DNA of 64,000 bases. It comes from a virus. Lineage: Duplodnaviria; Caudoviricetes. Position numbers and translations under genes: made by a program. The DNA is taken from the IMG/VR virus record IMGVR_UViG_3300048586_000294, positions 184 to 64,183 of that record. One strand, written 5' to 3'. Positions 9,830 to 19,722 of the stretch are shown in pieces. The notes beneath the pieces are model-generated. The model saw only the letters and a list, made by a program, of their open reading frames with translations, made no database searches and had not been told where the DNA came from. The stretch's first letter is position 1. Every line of letters begins with the position of its first letter.

Positions 9830-12800
9830 GAAGTCACTGTCGAACTTGGCCTTGAAGCGGGCGTCAAACTCGCCGCCACCATCCGGCCCTTGCCGCACAC
9901 CGGCCACCGCATCCACGGTTCCCTCGCGCAGGCTGGCATTACGTCCGACCACCGGCACCCGTCCCAGCAGGGCACGGGTTCCCTCACGCTCCTTGCTGTT
10001 GCTGGGCTCAACGTCAACCAAGCCAGCGGCCACCTTCATCACATCCGTGGCCAAGCCGTAGGATGGGCCAAGGAAGGTTGAGGCCACGCGCTCACGCCCG
10101 TATGCGCCGTTATCCAGCTGCTCGGTGGTGGCGCTCAGTACGTCAGCCAGGATACCCAAGGCACCGGCTTGTAGTACGGATTGTGTCACCCACGCGCTTG
10201 CCTCACGGTCACGCAGCGTCATCGACTGCTGATCTTCGCCACCACGGGAGAGCATCACATCCTTGACGGCCAATGATGCGGCACCGGCCAGCGGCAGCGC
10301 ACCGAGGAACGCGACCTGACTGCCAAGGCGACCGCTCTTGGCGACCCGCATCCCCATCCGACCCATCATCATCGGGAAGGTTTTGAACTGGTAGATCAGT
10401 GACCCGACCGGCGATTTGGCCCACAGCGGGATGTCGTTCGGGTTCGGCGCGAACACCGCTTCGTTGGTGAAGCGCAGCACGGCTTGGCGCACCTTCGGAT
10501 CGTTCATCACCTCGGCACTGGAGAGATCGCCCGACTGAATGTAACCGGCCAAGCCGTAGCGGCGCAGGAACTGCACGGCATGTTTGCGGCCCGCGTCTCC
10601 GGTGCGGCTGGAGAGCGCACGGCGCTGCTCGGCCTTGAAGGTTTCCATGGCGACCGACCCCGCGATCCCGCGCCACATGTCCGTCCATGGAGTCAGCAGG
10701 GTGGCGTTAAAGAAGGCGTTGGTCAGCTTGCCCGCGTCCTGCCCATAGAGGTTGGCCATCCGGTTGTGGACAAGGTTCTCCATTGCCACCCCGATGTTGC
10801 GCATGGCGACACGGTACTCGGGATCGCGGGCGTAGTGGGCGATCCCCTTCACGTAGGCTTTGAAGTCACCGGAGTTAACCAGCGGCATGACGGCATCCGA
10901 CATGGACGAGAGGATGGTCGAGCCAAGCAGGGTGATGGAGTTGAACGAGCGCAGCGCGTGGCTGGTCGCATTCTTCCACTTAAACCCTAGGGTGTGTCGG
11001 TACGGGTTCTTGCCTTCCACCGACTCGAACATGGCGACCATGTTCTTGCGCACGTTCTCCGGCACCTTGTTGCGCTTGCCGTCTGTCTCGGCCAAGGCTT
11101 CCACGATGGCGCGGATACGGCGCTCCATGTTGGGGCTGTCGTCTTTTTGCTTGAGGTAGCGCACGGCGTTTTCCTTGCCGTCCCGCTTGATGATGGTCTT
11201 CACCTCGTCCAGCGCCAGCCAAGCCTCGGTGCTGTTGGTGAACAGCGCGGGGAAAGTCGGGAAGCGGGCTTCCAGTCTCTCACCGCCAGCCCCCTGAATG
11301 TGTCCTTGGGTCTTGCCGGAGGTCAGCAGTTCAAAGGCAGCGTTGTCGCCATCGACCAGCACTTGCATGAAGTCATGGAAGGCATGGTTGCCTTGGCCAA
11401 ACTGCTCATGGAACAGGCGGCGGCGGGTGGTGCCCTGGAAGTATTTGACCAAGACCCCTTCCAAATCATCTTGCAGGAACTCGCCCACACCACCGGCCAT
11501 CATGTGTCCTGGGTGCTCATGCAGACGCAGCACACGGGCCGCATCCACATGATCGGAGGCCGTGCCCTTGAGCTGACTGGCGGGGCTGTAAACGCCATCA
11601 TTGCCGATCAGATTGTCGTAGATGGAGACTGCACGGTACACCGCATCTGGCTGGGACAACGGCGCACCTGTGTCGGAGCTGTAGCTATCCATCAGGAAGT
11701 TGGCAAGACGATGAACAAACTCGTCTCGGTTGCTTTCCAGCTTTTCGATGTCCCACACCTGCGGGAAGTAGTTGCGGATACCGCCATCCTCGTTGGCTAA
11801 GGCGGTGTTGACCAGCAACTGCCATTCGCGGGCGAAGGTGTCGCGGGTCATGGTGAATGCCTTCACCTCTTGTGGCTTGAGGCCGGTGCTGTCACCCAAG
11901 CGCAGCGCCATCACCACGCGGGAAAAGCTGGCAGGCTGGCCCTTGTTCGGGCGGATCGCGTTGAGGGCACGACCAAAGAAGGTCTCGTTGCCCTCCAGCT
12001 TCTTGAGCTGTTCGATCACCGGCATCAGCTGGGCACCCATTTCACTGTCAAGGCGTTCGAAAATACCGCCGCCTTCTTCGGGCTTGATCCAGTCGGCCAC
12101 CCACTTCGCCTTGTTGTTTCTCATGTAGACCGACAGCTCACGGAACAGCTCCTTGAACTGGAACGGCTTGAGCGCCTGCTCGTCCACCTTGCTCATCTTG
12201 CGCCCCTTGGCAGCAGTAACCAGCGCATCACCCACGCGGCGCGGTAGCCCCTGATCTTCCATGGCGGCCACAATCTCGGGCACGTTCACCTGATCACCCT
12301 TCACCAATGCGGCGTTGGCATGGCGCATCGGGTTCCCTTCCACGTTGAAGCGGTCTGTACGGGCCATCGGCTCGAAGTCGTCCAGCATCGAGCGGATGTC
12401 GCTCGGGTTGAACACGGCCATACGGGTATCGTCACCCTTGCCAATCATGGCCGAGTCAAAGCCCATGCCGCTCAGGAACTCGCGCAGCACATCCCCCTTA
12501 CGGGCACGGAGCGTGGGCTCCTTGGCGATCCACGCTTCCATGCTGGCCACGAAGTCAGGGCCGCTTTGGTCACGCACAATCGCGTCAGCCAAGTTGGAGA
12601 GGGTGCTGTGATTGAGACCGAGGCGCTCGGCCATGTCGATGATCCCACCGACCAACGGGCTGTTGCCTTCGACCACGGCTTCGCCGGTCAGGTCGATGGT
12701 GTGCTTGGCACGGGTCACGACCACTTGCACGCTGGGGGCGTTGACACCTAGCGCGTCAAAGCGTTCCAGCCATTCGGCTTCGCTGGCCAGCAGGTCAGTC

Positions 12801-15800
12801 AGCTTGTCACCGGCACGGTCAATCCCTTCCACATCGCTGGAGTCGATCATTTCTATGCTGCGGCGATGTTCGGCAATCGCGTTGCGCACACCGGCAAGGG
12901 CGTGGGCGTACTCGCGGGCTACCTCTGCCACCTCGGGGGCCAAGGAGGAAAACGCCTGCTCGGGGTCGAGCCCCAGAGTGCTGGGCCGGTCAGTGGTGTA
13001 GAAGGCGCGACCGAGCGGGCCGGACTTGGAACCGGTCGCCTCACGGGTGCTCACGTAGAGTGGACGGATCGGGCCACCTACCCAACGGGCCATCCCTACC
13101 TTGGCGTGGATGTCGAGGTTGTCGAGGTAGTCATAGGCGTGAAGCTGTGCCACTGCCGCCCCCACGCCATCCTTGTTCAGGTCGGCCAAGGTGCGAACTG
13201 TGTCCGGTTGCAGCGGGTCGCCATACGCACCCAGCCAGCGGTACTTCTGGTAGATGTCGGCGCGGTCGATGGTGCCGCGCAGGACGTAGGCCATCGACTC
13301 GGCAAACTCGCCCATCGCCTCGTTGAACTTGCCAGCAGTGAACACATCCACGTTCTCGGTCAGCACATCCAGCCCTTTCTGGCCACAGGCGATAACCTTC
13401 CATTGGTTGATGAACCATTGGGTGACGTTGCCGCTCTCGCCATGGCTGGCGAACACCTTGTTGATGGCGTTCGCGTCCACCTGCCCGTTGATGGCGCGGG
13501 CCACCATTTGTCCAATGTTGGACAACGCCCCCTCAAAATCGCCATCCTTGCGCAGGGCGGTCAGGTCGCGGCGCAGGGCATTGCGCAGGGTCTTGAACGA
13601 GTCATCGGCAGTGCTGGCCATGACGGCGGCAGGGCTGCGGTTCACTCCGGCCAAGTTGTCGAGCACATTGGCTGGCAGGTTGCGCGTTACCTTGTCGGTC
13701 AGCGCCAGCAGGCGATAGAGCACGGTACGCATATCGTGCGCGGTCTGTGGATCACGGTGTGTCATGTCCATCTGGATGGCGCGGATGTTCGCGGGGGCGC
13801 TCGGCATGATGCCGGTCTCAGCCACACCTCGGCTATCCTCCAGCTCACGGGCCACGGCCTTGGTTGCTACCTTGCCGGAGAACTTGGGCTTGAGCATCTG
13901 ATAGACATCAGCCTCAATGATCTCGGAGCCAAGCATGGCACGGCCCAGACCGGCCTTGGAACCGGCCACCTTGGCCGCCGCTCGCTGGGCGTACACCCAC
14001 TCGACTTGATCCAGGGTGGGGTGGTCGGCCAGCTTGAGGGCATTGATATACTGCTCGCGCAGCTCGTTGCGGGTGGCGCGGTATTGGGCCAGGGAGATCT
14101 CGACCCGCTTCTTGCCCACCATGCTCTTGGTCATTCGGGCGCGACGGATCATTTCGTCCGCCATCGCTTCATGGTCTTTGGCGATCTCGTCCGGTTTGAC
14201 CAGGGCGACCTTATCGGCCAGCTTGGCTGTCGGCTGGCGCTTGACGGTCGGGGCGCTCTCGGCAGCCTGCGGGGCGACCGGAGCATGGGAAGCGCGGGCC
14301 GGTTTCTCGGCAATCTCTTGCGCTTTGTTGACGGCCCCAGCGGTCTTGACCACTCGCTCGCGGCGTTTCTTGTTGACCGTCTTGACTGTCTTTGTCATCA
14401 CCTCTTGAGCGGCCTTGGTCTTGACCATGGCAGCCTTCACCTGCTCGATAAGGGCAGGGTCAACCACGCTCGGGGTCTCTTTCCCAAGTACCTGATTGGC
14501 CTGCTCGGTCACGGCCTCGACTTCCGGCACAACCTCCGGCAGCGTCTGGGGTGGTGCCACCGGTTCGGCGGTCGCCTTCACGGCATGACGGGCCTTCTGG
14601 GCCAAGGCGTAGTTCCAAGCGGTCTGGCTGGTCGGCATCGCATCGCGGCCCACCCATACCCCATGCTCTGCCAGCATGGCATCGCGCAGCCCCTGTTTCA
14701 TGATGGCCACGGCGTAGGGGACGGATGATGGATGGTTCGGGTTGAACAGCACATCGCGCATGAAGAGGGCCGGATCGTGGTTGCCGGTCTTCTTCACGTA
14801 CTCCAGATAGGCCTCGCCGGTCATGGTGCCGGATTGCTCGATGGCCTGTGGCGAGTCGCGCAGCGTCCCCAGCTCGTTGATGATGGTGTGCGCCCGCTGC
14901 TGGCTGTCCTTCGCAAAGCGCAGGTTGGCCAGTTGTTTGCCGTCTTTGTTCTTGAAGGTAAACACGTTGCGCATGTTGAACAGCGCCATGCCAAGCTGGC
15001 TATCCTGGCCAACGTGGGACGGCCACTGGTCGGGACTCTGCGCCAGATCATCGAACACCTGATCGAACTGCTCAAGCTCGGCCAAGGCGTTGGCACGAAT
15101 GGCCAAGCTCTCCTTGCTGCCCTTGGTCTTCACCTGCTCAACCTGCTTGAGCAACGCCTGTGCGTCATCAAACACCTTGCCTTCAGGCAGGCCAAGGCGG
15201 GTGATGATCTGCTCGTTGTCCGGCAGGATGCGGGCGAACAGTTCGTTGAGCGCGGGGTCTTCTTTGATCCCGCTGGCCTTGCCCTTGTTGATGATGCGGT
15301 CGAACACGGCACGGATCTTCTCGGTCAGCGCCACCCAGAAGGATTGGTCGAGCACGGTCGCTTCACGGTTGTTCATCGCCCAACCGGCACCCGCCTCGGC
15401 AAAGATCTCGTTGAGGCTGTTTGACACATTGGATGTCAGGCCGGTGTCAGTGGTTGGCAGGATGTCACCGATGGTGCCGGTCTCAAGGTGGCCACGTACC
15501 GCGTTGACGAACAGGCGGCGCTCACTCGGGGTGAGGATGTTCGCGTAACCCCAGTGCATCAGCTCATGCAGCAGCGCATACGGACGCGGACGCTTGTCGG
15601 GGCGGTCGCTCTGTGGCAGCCGGACGGTGTTGAACCCTTCCTTCTGGCTGTAGACGCTGTAATGCGGGGCTCCTGCTGTCTTCTCGACGTTCGGCACCTT
15701 GCCATCGGGATGGGCAATGGCCACACGATTGAGGGTGTCCCAGACAAACTTGGTGGTCTTGTGGTCGTAGTCGGCCATCAGGTCGTTGAGGGCTCGCATC

Positions 15801-18800
15801 GACTTGACCCGCTCGCCGTTGGGCAGCAGCAGACCACGGGGGTAGAGGCGTTCCTCCATCGCCAGGACCTGATCCAGCTTGTCCAGTGTGGCCGCTGCCA
15901 CCTCGGGGTCTGTCCACGGGATGTTGCTATCGAGTGTGACGCGGGAGAGATAAAGACCTTCCACGCTCAGGTCGCCGTCACCCAACAACTCGCGATCGAC
16001 CAGAATGCGCTCCAGCTCGGCCATGCGGCGGTCAAAGGCCAGTACGCCGGTCGGCTTGAAGAAGTCCGCTTGCCATGTGGCAGCCAAGGGGAAGCGTTTG
16101 GTACGGGCGTTGGCCCATGTGTCGATGGTCGAACCGGCCACATGCTCCAGCTTGGGGGCGTCCTGTTGCTTGGGGGCGTCCGGTTGCCACACCATGTCGG
16201 CCAGTTGGCGCGGGGTGATAGCGCGGCCACTGCGGGCTTTCTCGTAGGGCAGCGAGTTTTTGGTGGAGAGCCACACCACATCCCACTCATTCGCATCGGC
16301 CTTGCCAAGCAGGTTGCGGGCGGTCAGGGTACGCTTGCCCGCTTGGGCCTGCTGCATCTGGGCGTTGGAAACGAGGCGGACGGTGTGCTTGCCCTGCTCG
16401 GGAGACTTCTTCACCAGCGCCAAGGCAAAGCCGCTTGGGGCTTTCATGGCGTCCGAGTCTAGGCTCGGCCTCTGTGGCGAGTCAGTGTCGGTGGTGGTCA
16501 GCGCCACGATCCGCTTGGCGGTCACGTCCGGCTTGCGGCCCATCAGGATGGCGGCGCTCGAAGGTGTGTCCACGAAGGCAACTTGGCCTGGGCGGTTCGG
16601 GTCAACCACGGCGAATACCTTGTCACCACGGCGGGCCAACACCCGCTCACCGCTGGCGTTGAGGTAGGTCACTCGGGTATCAGCCACGAACGGGGTCGGC
16701 TGCTTGGTGGCCAGTACGGTAGCTTTGGCCTCTACCATCTGCGGTAGCTTCTTGAGGTTGTCGAACCGCTGGCGTTGACGCTCAACGGCGGCAGCCTTGC
16801 GGGCCTTGTCCGCGACCACTTCATCAGTGGCGAACTGGCTCTGGCGCTCCAGCGAGTCGGTGTTGCCTCGGATGTTCTTGCGACCGGTGGAGCCCTTGGT
16901 TATTTGTGCTTCAATGCTGTTGCGCACATGGTTGATGACCCACTGGGTTTGCAGGTTGGCATCGAGCAGCGGGTCGCCGCCACGTTTGGCTACCAACTTG
17001 ACCATGGCATTGCGGGACTCAATGTTGGCAAGCTCCTGACGGGCTTGGCGGCCATAGTGCATGATGTTGTCGGGGGTGATCTCCACGCCCTGACGCTTGG
17101 CCTCCTGCACCAGGATCAGCAGCTCGTGACGCAGCTCACCCATCACCTGTTCGGACTCGTAGCCCTGACGGACGGCCTCGGCACCGGCACTGGCCGTTAC
17201 TTTCTCACTCGCGTCTGTGGCCTTGCTGGCGGCACGTTCGGCGTCAATCTCGTCAATCAAACTGTCTTCATTGCCAACGGCCAGGTCATCGGGGTCGATG
17301 TCATCCTCGTCCAGCATCTTCGAGACAATCTGCTTACTTTCGGCCTCGACCTTGTTGGACTCGCGGAAGGTCTGGAGGATGGCGTCTTTGTTGCTGGCGT
17401 AGGTATCGCGTTCGTCAAGGAACTGCTGGAACGGGACGCTTTCGGATTTACCATCAAGGCTGACTTCTTCGAGGTAGTCCTCAAGCGCCTGACTGGTCAT
17501 GGCCTTCACGCCTGCCTCACGCTGGTCGGCGTGGTTGGTCATCTGGTAGTAAAGGGTGTTGGTGTCTAGTGAATCCGAGTCTTCGATGCCGAACTGGGTC
17601 TTGGCTACGCGGCGGATCAGCTTCTGGGCATCCTTCACCGCGTTGATGTCGGCACCGGCAAACTCGGGCATCCCTTGCAGGCGAGCCTTCATCACGGCGC
17701 TGAAAGGGGTCCGGCGCTCGATTTCCTGGGCGGCCTCTTCGGTGGCTTGTCCGTCCTCTTTGGCCGGTGTCTCACCTTGTGCCTTGGGGTCGGCAGTCAC
17801 TTCATCAGCGGCGGCCTCTTCCGGTGTATCGGCCCACTTGCCGTCACGGATCATCCGCAACTCGCGCTCGGCGTTGTTGATGCGGGTCAGCAGCTCGTTG
17901 GCTGTCTTGTCATCACCTGCGGCGATGGCGGTCTCGGCTTCGGCTTGCAGCTTGTCACGCTGGCCAAGGATGATTTTGCCAGTCAGACGGGCGTTTCGCA
18001 GCGCGATCAGCTGGTCATACTCGGGGTCCTCTGGGTTGGTAACAGAAAGGTCGTCTTCGATGCTGGCCAAGTCTTCATCGAACTCGGCGGCGATGCGCTC
18101 GGCCTCGGTCATTTCCGGCTCCATCACGAAGTCGGTAGACTGCTTGCCCTCGGGGCCGATGCGCTGGGTGGCATACGGGCCGAGGGTGTTCTCGCGCATG
18201 TATTCGTTGAGCGCCTTGCGGTCAATCGGCCCAAACTTGGTTTCGGTGATGGTCTTGAGGCTATCGCGGGGGATGTCGAGGATCTGGTCGGCTGTCAGCC
18301 CCTGACCCAGCATGGCCTCAATGGATTGGTCGGCAGTCTTGATACCGGTGCGGGCGGCCAGCAAGCCAACCAGCCCCCCCATACCCGCCCCAAGCACACC
18401 CGAAAGGGCTGCATCCGAGCTAACCTGACTCATTGAAATCTCGTCCTGCAAGCCAAGGCGAACATCCCTTGTCTGTTGCAGGCCGCTCATTGCGCCACCC
18501 ACACCGGTTCCAACAGCACCCACGGTCAGCGCCCCGTTAACGGCTCCGGCACGGTAGGCTTGGGCGGTGGTCTTGCCAGAGAGACGAGCCATGTTGGCGG
18601 CAGTGGCTGCCTTGCCAAACGGGATCAGGTTGATGGGGTCAAGTACCAGGGCACCCACGATGGACTTGGCGGTTTCCCAGCCACCAACGCGATCAATCGC
18701 GCCGCCATCTTCGAAGAACAGGGGCATTTTGTTGTAGGCGTCTTGCAGCCGTTTGGCGCGGGCGCGTTCTTCTTCGTTGGCGCCGTATGCTGCCGCAGTA

Positions 18801-19039
18801 TCGGCCACCATGCCCGCGCTGTTGAGGTTCGAATAGGTGCGGTCTGAGTACCACGCCTTAACCATGTCATCATCGTTTTCAAACTGGCGGCCCTTAGACC
18901 AAAAGTGCCGTCTGAGATCGTCTTTGAAGTTAGGGTCGTCAAGGGGGTTGCCTTGGTACGATGTGCTAACTTTTCTTTCAAAATCAGTTGTTTCATTTGG
19001 ATTTAGAAAGTCAGACGGAATGTTGAATTTGATTTCCAT
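9827..19039 (-). CDS. Giant (3070 aa) internal virion/ejection polyvalent protein with zincin metallopeptidase and ADP-ribosyltransferase-like domains
   Basis: Last gene of the virion operon; Gly/Ala-rich N-terminal helices; LLHELMH...NEIFAE; PLYVST...GRAFYTT...GFDSAMI...MAVFNPSDIRS; C-terminal NYFPQ and YQFKTFP. Confidence 0.78.
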   Translation of the reverse strand: MEIKFNIPSDFLNPNETTDFERKVSTSYQGNPLDDPNFKDDLRRHFWSKGRQFENDDDMVKAWYSDRTYSNLNSAGMVADTAAAYGANEEERARAKRLQDAYNKMPLFFEDGGAIDRVGGWETAKSIVGALVLDPINLIPFGKAATAANMARLSGKTTAQAYRAGAVNGALTVGAVGTGVGGAMSGLQQTRDVRLGLQDEISMSQVSSDAALSGVLGAGMGGLVGLLAARTGIKTADQSIEAMLGQGLTADQILDIPRDSLKTITETKFGPIDRKALNEYMRENTLGPYATQRIGPEGKQSTDFVMEPEMTEAERIAAEFDEDLASIEDDLSVTNPEDPEYDQLIALRNARLTGKIILGQRDKLQAEAETAIAAGDDKTANELLTRINNAERELRMIRDGKWADTPEEAAADEVTADPKAQGETPAKEDGQATEEAAQEIERRTPFSAVMKARLQGMPEFAGADINAVKDAQKLIRRVAKTQFGIEDSDSLDTNTLYYQMTNHADQREAGVKAMTSQALEDYLEEVSLDGKSESVPFQQFLDERDTYASNKDAILQTFRESNKVEAESKQIVSKMLDEDDIDPDDLAVGNEDSLIDEIDAERAASKATDASEKVTASAGAEAVRQGYESEQVMGELRHELLILVQEAKRQGVEITPDNIMHYGRQARQELANIESRNAMVKLVAKRGGDPLLDANLQTQWVINHVRNSIEAQITKGSTGRKNIRGNTDSLERQSQFATDEVVADKARKAAAVERQRQRFDNLKKLPQMVEAKATVLATKQPTPFVADTRVTYLNASGERVLARRGDKVFAVVDPNRPGQVAFVDTPSSAAILMGRKPDVTAKRIVALTTTDTDSPQRPSLDSDAMKAPSGFALALVKKSPEQGKHTVRLVSNAQMQQAQAGKRTLTARNLLGKADANEWDVVWLSTKNSLPYEKARSGRAITPRQLADMVWQPDAPKQQDAPKLEHVAGSTIDTWANARTKRFPLAATWQADFFKPTGVLAFDRRMAELERILVDRELLGDGDLSVEGLYLSRVTLDSNIPWTDPEVAAATLDKLDQVLAMEERLYPRGLLLPNGERVKSMRALNDLMADYDHKTTKFVWDTLNRVAIAHPDGKVPNVEKTAGAPHYSVYSQKEGFNTVRLPQSDRPDKRPRPYALLHELMHWGYANILTPSERRLFVNAVRGHLETGTIGDILPTTDTGLTSNVSNSLNEIFAEAGAGWAMNNREATVLDQSFWVALTEKIRAVFDRIINKGKASGIKEDPALNELFARILPDNEQIITRLGLPEGKVFDDAQALLKQVEQVKTKGSKESLAIRANALAELEQFDQVFDDLAQSPDQWPSHVGQDSQLGMALFNMRNVFTFKNKDGKQLANLRFAKDSQQRAHTIINELGTLRDSPQAIEQSGTMTGEAYLEYVKKTGNHDPALFMRDVLFNPNHPSSVPYAVAIMKQGLRDAMLAEHGVWVGRDAMPTSQTAWNYALAQKARHAVKATAEPVAPPQTLPEVVPEVEAVTEQANQVLGKETPSVVDPALIEQVKAAMVKTKAAQEVMTKTVKTVNKKRRERVVKTAGAVNKAQEIAEKPARASHAPVAPQAAESAPTVKRQPTAKLADKVALVKPDEIAKDHEAMADEMIRRARMTKSMVGKKRVEISLAQYRATRNELREQYINALKLADHPTLDQVEWVYAQRAAAKVAGSKAGLGRAMLGSEIIEADVYQMLKPKFSGKVATKAVARELEDSRGVAETGIMPSAPANIRAIQMDMTHRDPQTAHDMRTVLYRLLALTDKVTRNLPANVLDNLAGVNRSPAAVMASTADDSFKTLRNALRRDLTALRKDGDFEGALSNIGQMVARAINGQVDANAINKVFASHGESGNVTQWFINQWKVIACGQKGLDVLTENVDVFTAGKFNEAMGEFAESMAYVLRGTIDRADIYQKYRWLGAYGDPLQPDTVRTLADLNKDGVGAAVAQLHAYDYLDNLDIHAKVGMARWVGGPIRPLYVSTREATGSKSGPLGRAFYTTDRPSTLGLDPEQAFSSLAPEVAEVAREYAHALAGVRNAIAEHRRSIEMIDSSDVEGIDRAGDKLTDLLASEAEWLERFDALGVNAPSVQVVVTRAKHTIDLTGEAVVEGNSPLVGGIIDMAERLGLNHSTLSNLADAIVRDQSGPDFVASMEAWIAKEPTLRARKGDVLREFLSGMGFDSAMIGKGDDTRMAVFNPSDIRSMLDDFEPMARTDRFNVEGNPMRHANAALVKGDQVNVPEIVAAMEDQGLPRRVGDALVTAAKGRKMSKVDEQALKPFQFKELFRELSVYMRNNKAKWVADWIKPEEGGGIFERLDSEMGAQLMPVIEQLKKLEGNETFFGRALNAIRPNKGQPASFSRVVMALRLGDSTGLKPQEVKAFTMTRDTFAREWQLLVNTALANEDGGIRNYFPQVWDIEKLESNRDEFVHRLANFLMDSYSSDTGAPLSQPDAVYRAVSIYDNLIGNDGVYSPASQLKGTASDHVDAARVLRLHEHPGHMMAGGVGEFLQDDLEGVLVKYFQGTTRRRLFHEQFGQGNHAFHDFMQVLVDGDNAAFELLTSGKTQGHIQGAGGERLEARFPTFPALFTNSTEAWLALDEVKTIIKRDGKENAVRYLKQKDDSPNMERRIRAIVEALAETDGKRNKVPENVRKNMVAMFESVEGKNPYRHTLGFKWKNATSHALRSFNSITLLGSTILSSMSDAVMPLVNSGDFKAYVKGIAHYARDPEYRVAMRNIGVAMENLVHNRMANLYGQDAGKLTNAFFNATLLTPWTDMWRGIAGSVAMETFKAEQRRALSSRTGDAGRKHAVQFLRRYGLAGYIQSGDLSSAEVMNDPKVRQAVLRFTNEAVFAPNPNDIPLWAKSPVGSLIYQFKTFPMMMGRMGMRVAKSGRLGSQVAFLGALPLAGAASLAVKDVMLSRGGEDQQSMTLRDREASAWVTQSVLQAGALGILADVLSATTEQLDNGAYGRERVASTFLGPSYGLATDVMKVAAGLVDVEPSNSKEREGTRALLGRVPVVGRNASLREGTVDAVAGVRQGPDGGGEFDARFKAKFDSDF

Positions 19040-19078
19040 GTGCGCACCTATACGGGTCTAAGTTGCCGTTGCGCCCGC

Positions 19079-19109
19079 AGTGTGCGTTTCGCTCGCCTCT
19101 CTGTCGTCC
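19079..19109 (-). promoter_or_regulatory. Late promoter-like motif GGACGAC-N18-CACACT
   Basis: One of 8 copies at similar spacing upstream of late genes. Confidence 0.7.
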
Positions 19110-19218
19110 TTTTGGTTTGCAATGAGTCGCCCATTTAGTTATTTTTTGTTGATCCTTTTGTCGCTCTTATTTAATGTATTCACATAAAACAACAACATGC
19201 CTGCCAAGGAAGAAAGAA

Positions 19219-19710
19219 ATGAGCGAAACGCTTGCTGTATTGATGAATAAGAGACGCCTAAAAGCAACTTTAAATGGATTGACACTCTCTCAGTTAGATT
19301 CACTGAGTCTCATTTTTCAGGAAGTCCACCAAGAGATTAGGTCAGATGAATTGGACATCATTCGAGCCAGGGAGGAGCATGAAAGGAAACTGCAAGACGC
19401 CATGAGCACCCTCGAAAAGATGGGAATAAGCAAGGATGAATTGAGGGACTTCCTTGGCATGGCCGGTGACGCGGAGCAGCCGAAGGCCAAGCGCCAGTAC
19501 AAGAAGCGCGACCCAAACGCGGTGAAGGATAACGCCGTCAAATCCAAGAGTGGCGTAGAGTATCGCTATCTCAACAAGCATGGCGATGAATCCTCATGGT
19601 ACGGGCTGGGCCGTATGCCGGTGCCAATGAGAACCGCGATCTTTAATGGTGAGAAGACGCTGGAAGACTTCGTTTATCAGCCACAGCCAGAGTTAGAAGG
19701 AGCGGTATAA
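19219..19710 (+). CDS. hns: H-NS family nucleoid-associated protein (moron)
   Basis: MSETLAVLMNKRRLKA N-terminal oligomerisation helix; C-terminal YRY..KHG...WYGLGRMP...KTLEDF DNA-binding domain. Confidence 0.88.
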   Translation: MSETLAVLMNKRRLKATLNGLTLSQLDSLSLIFQEVHQEIRSDELDIIRAREEHERKLQDAMSTLEKMGISKDELRDFLGMAGDAEQPKAKRQYKKRDPNAVKDNAVKSKSGVEYRYLNKHGDESSWYGLGRMPVPMRTAIFNGEKTLEDFVYQPQPELEGAV

Positions 19711-19722
19711 CCGCTCCATTCC

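Noticed and set aside
9827-19039. Giant protein as an N4- or crAss-type virion RNA polymerase
   Set aside because: Size fits, but I could not find T7-like polymerase motifs or a DxDGD motif by eye; not supportable without structure prediction
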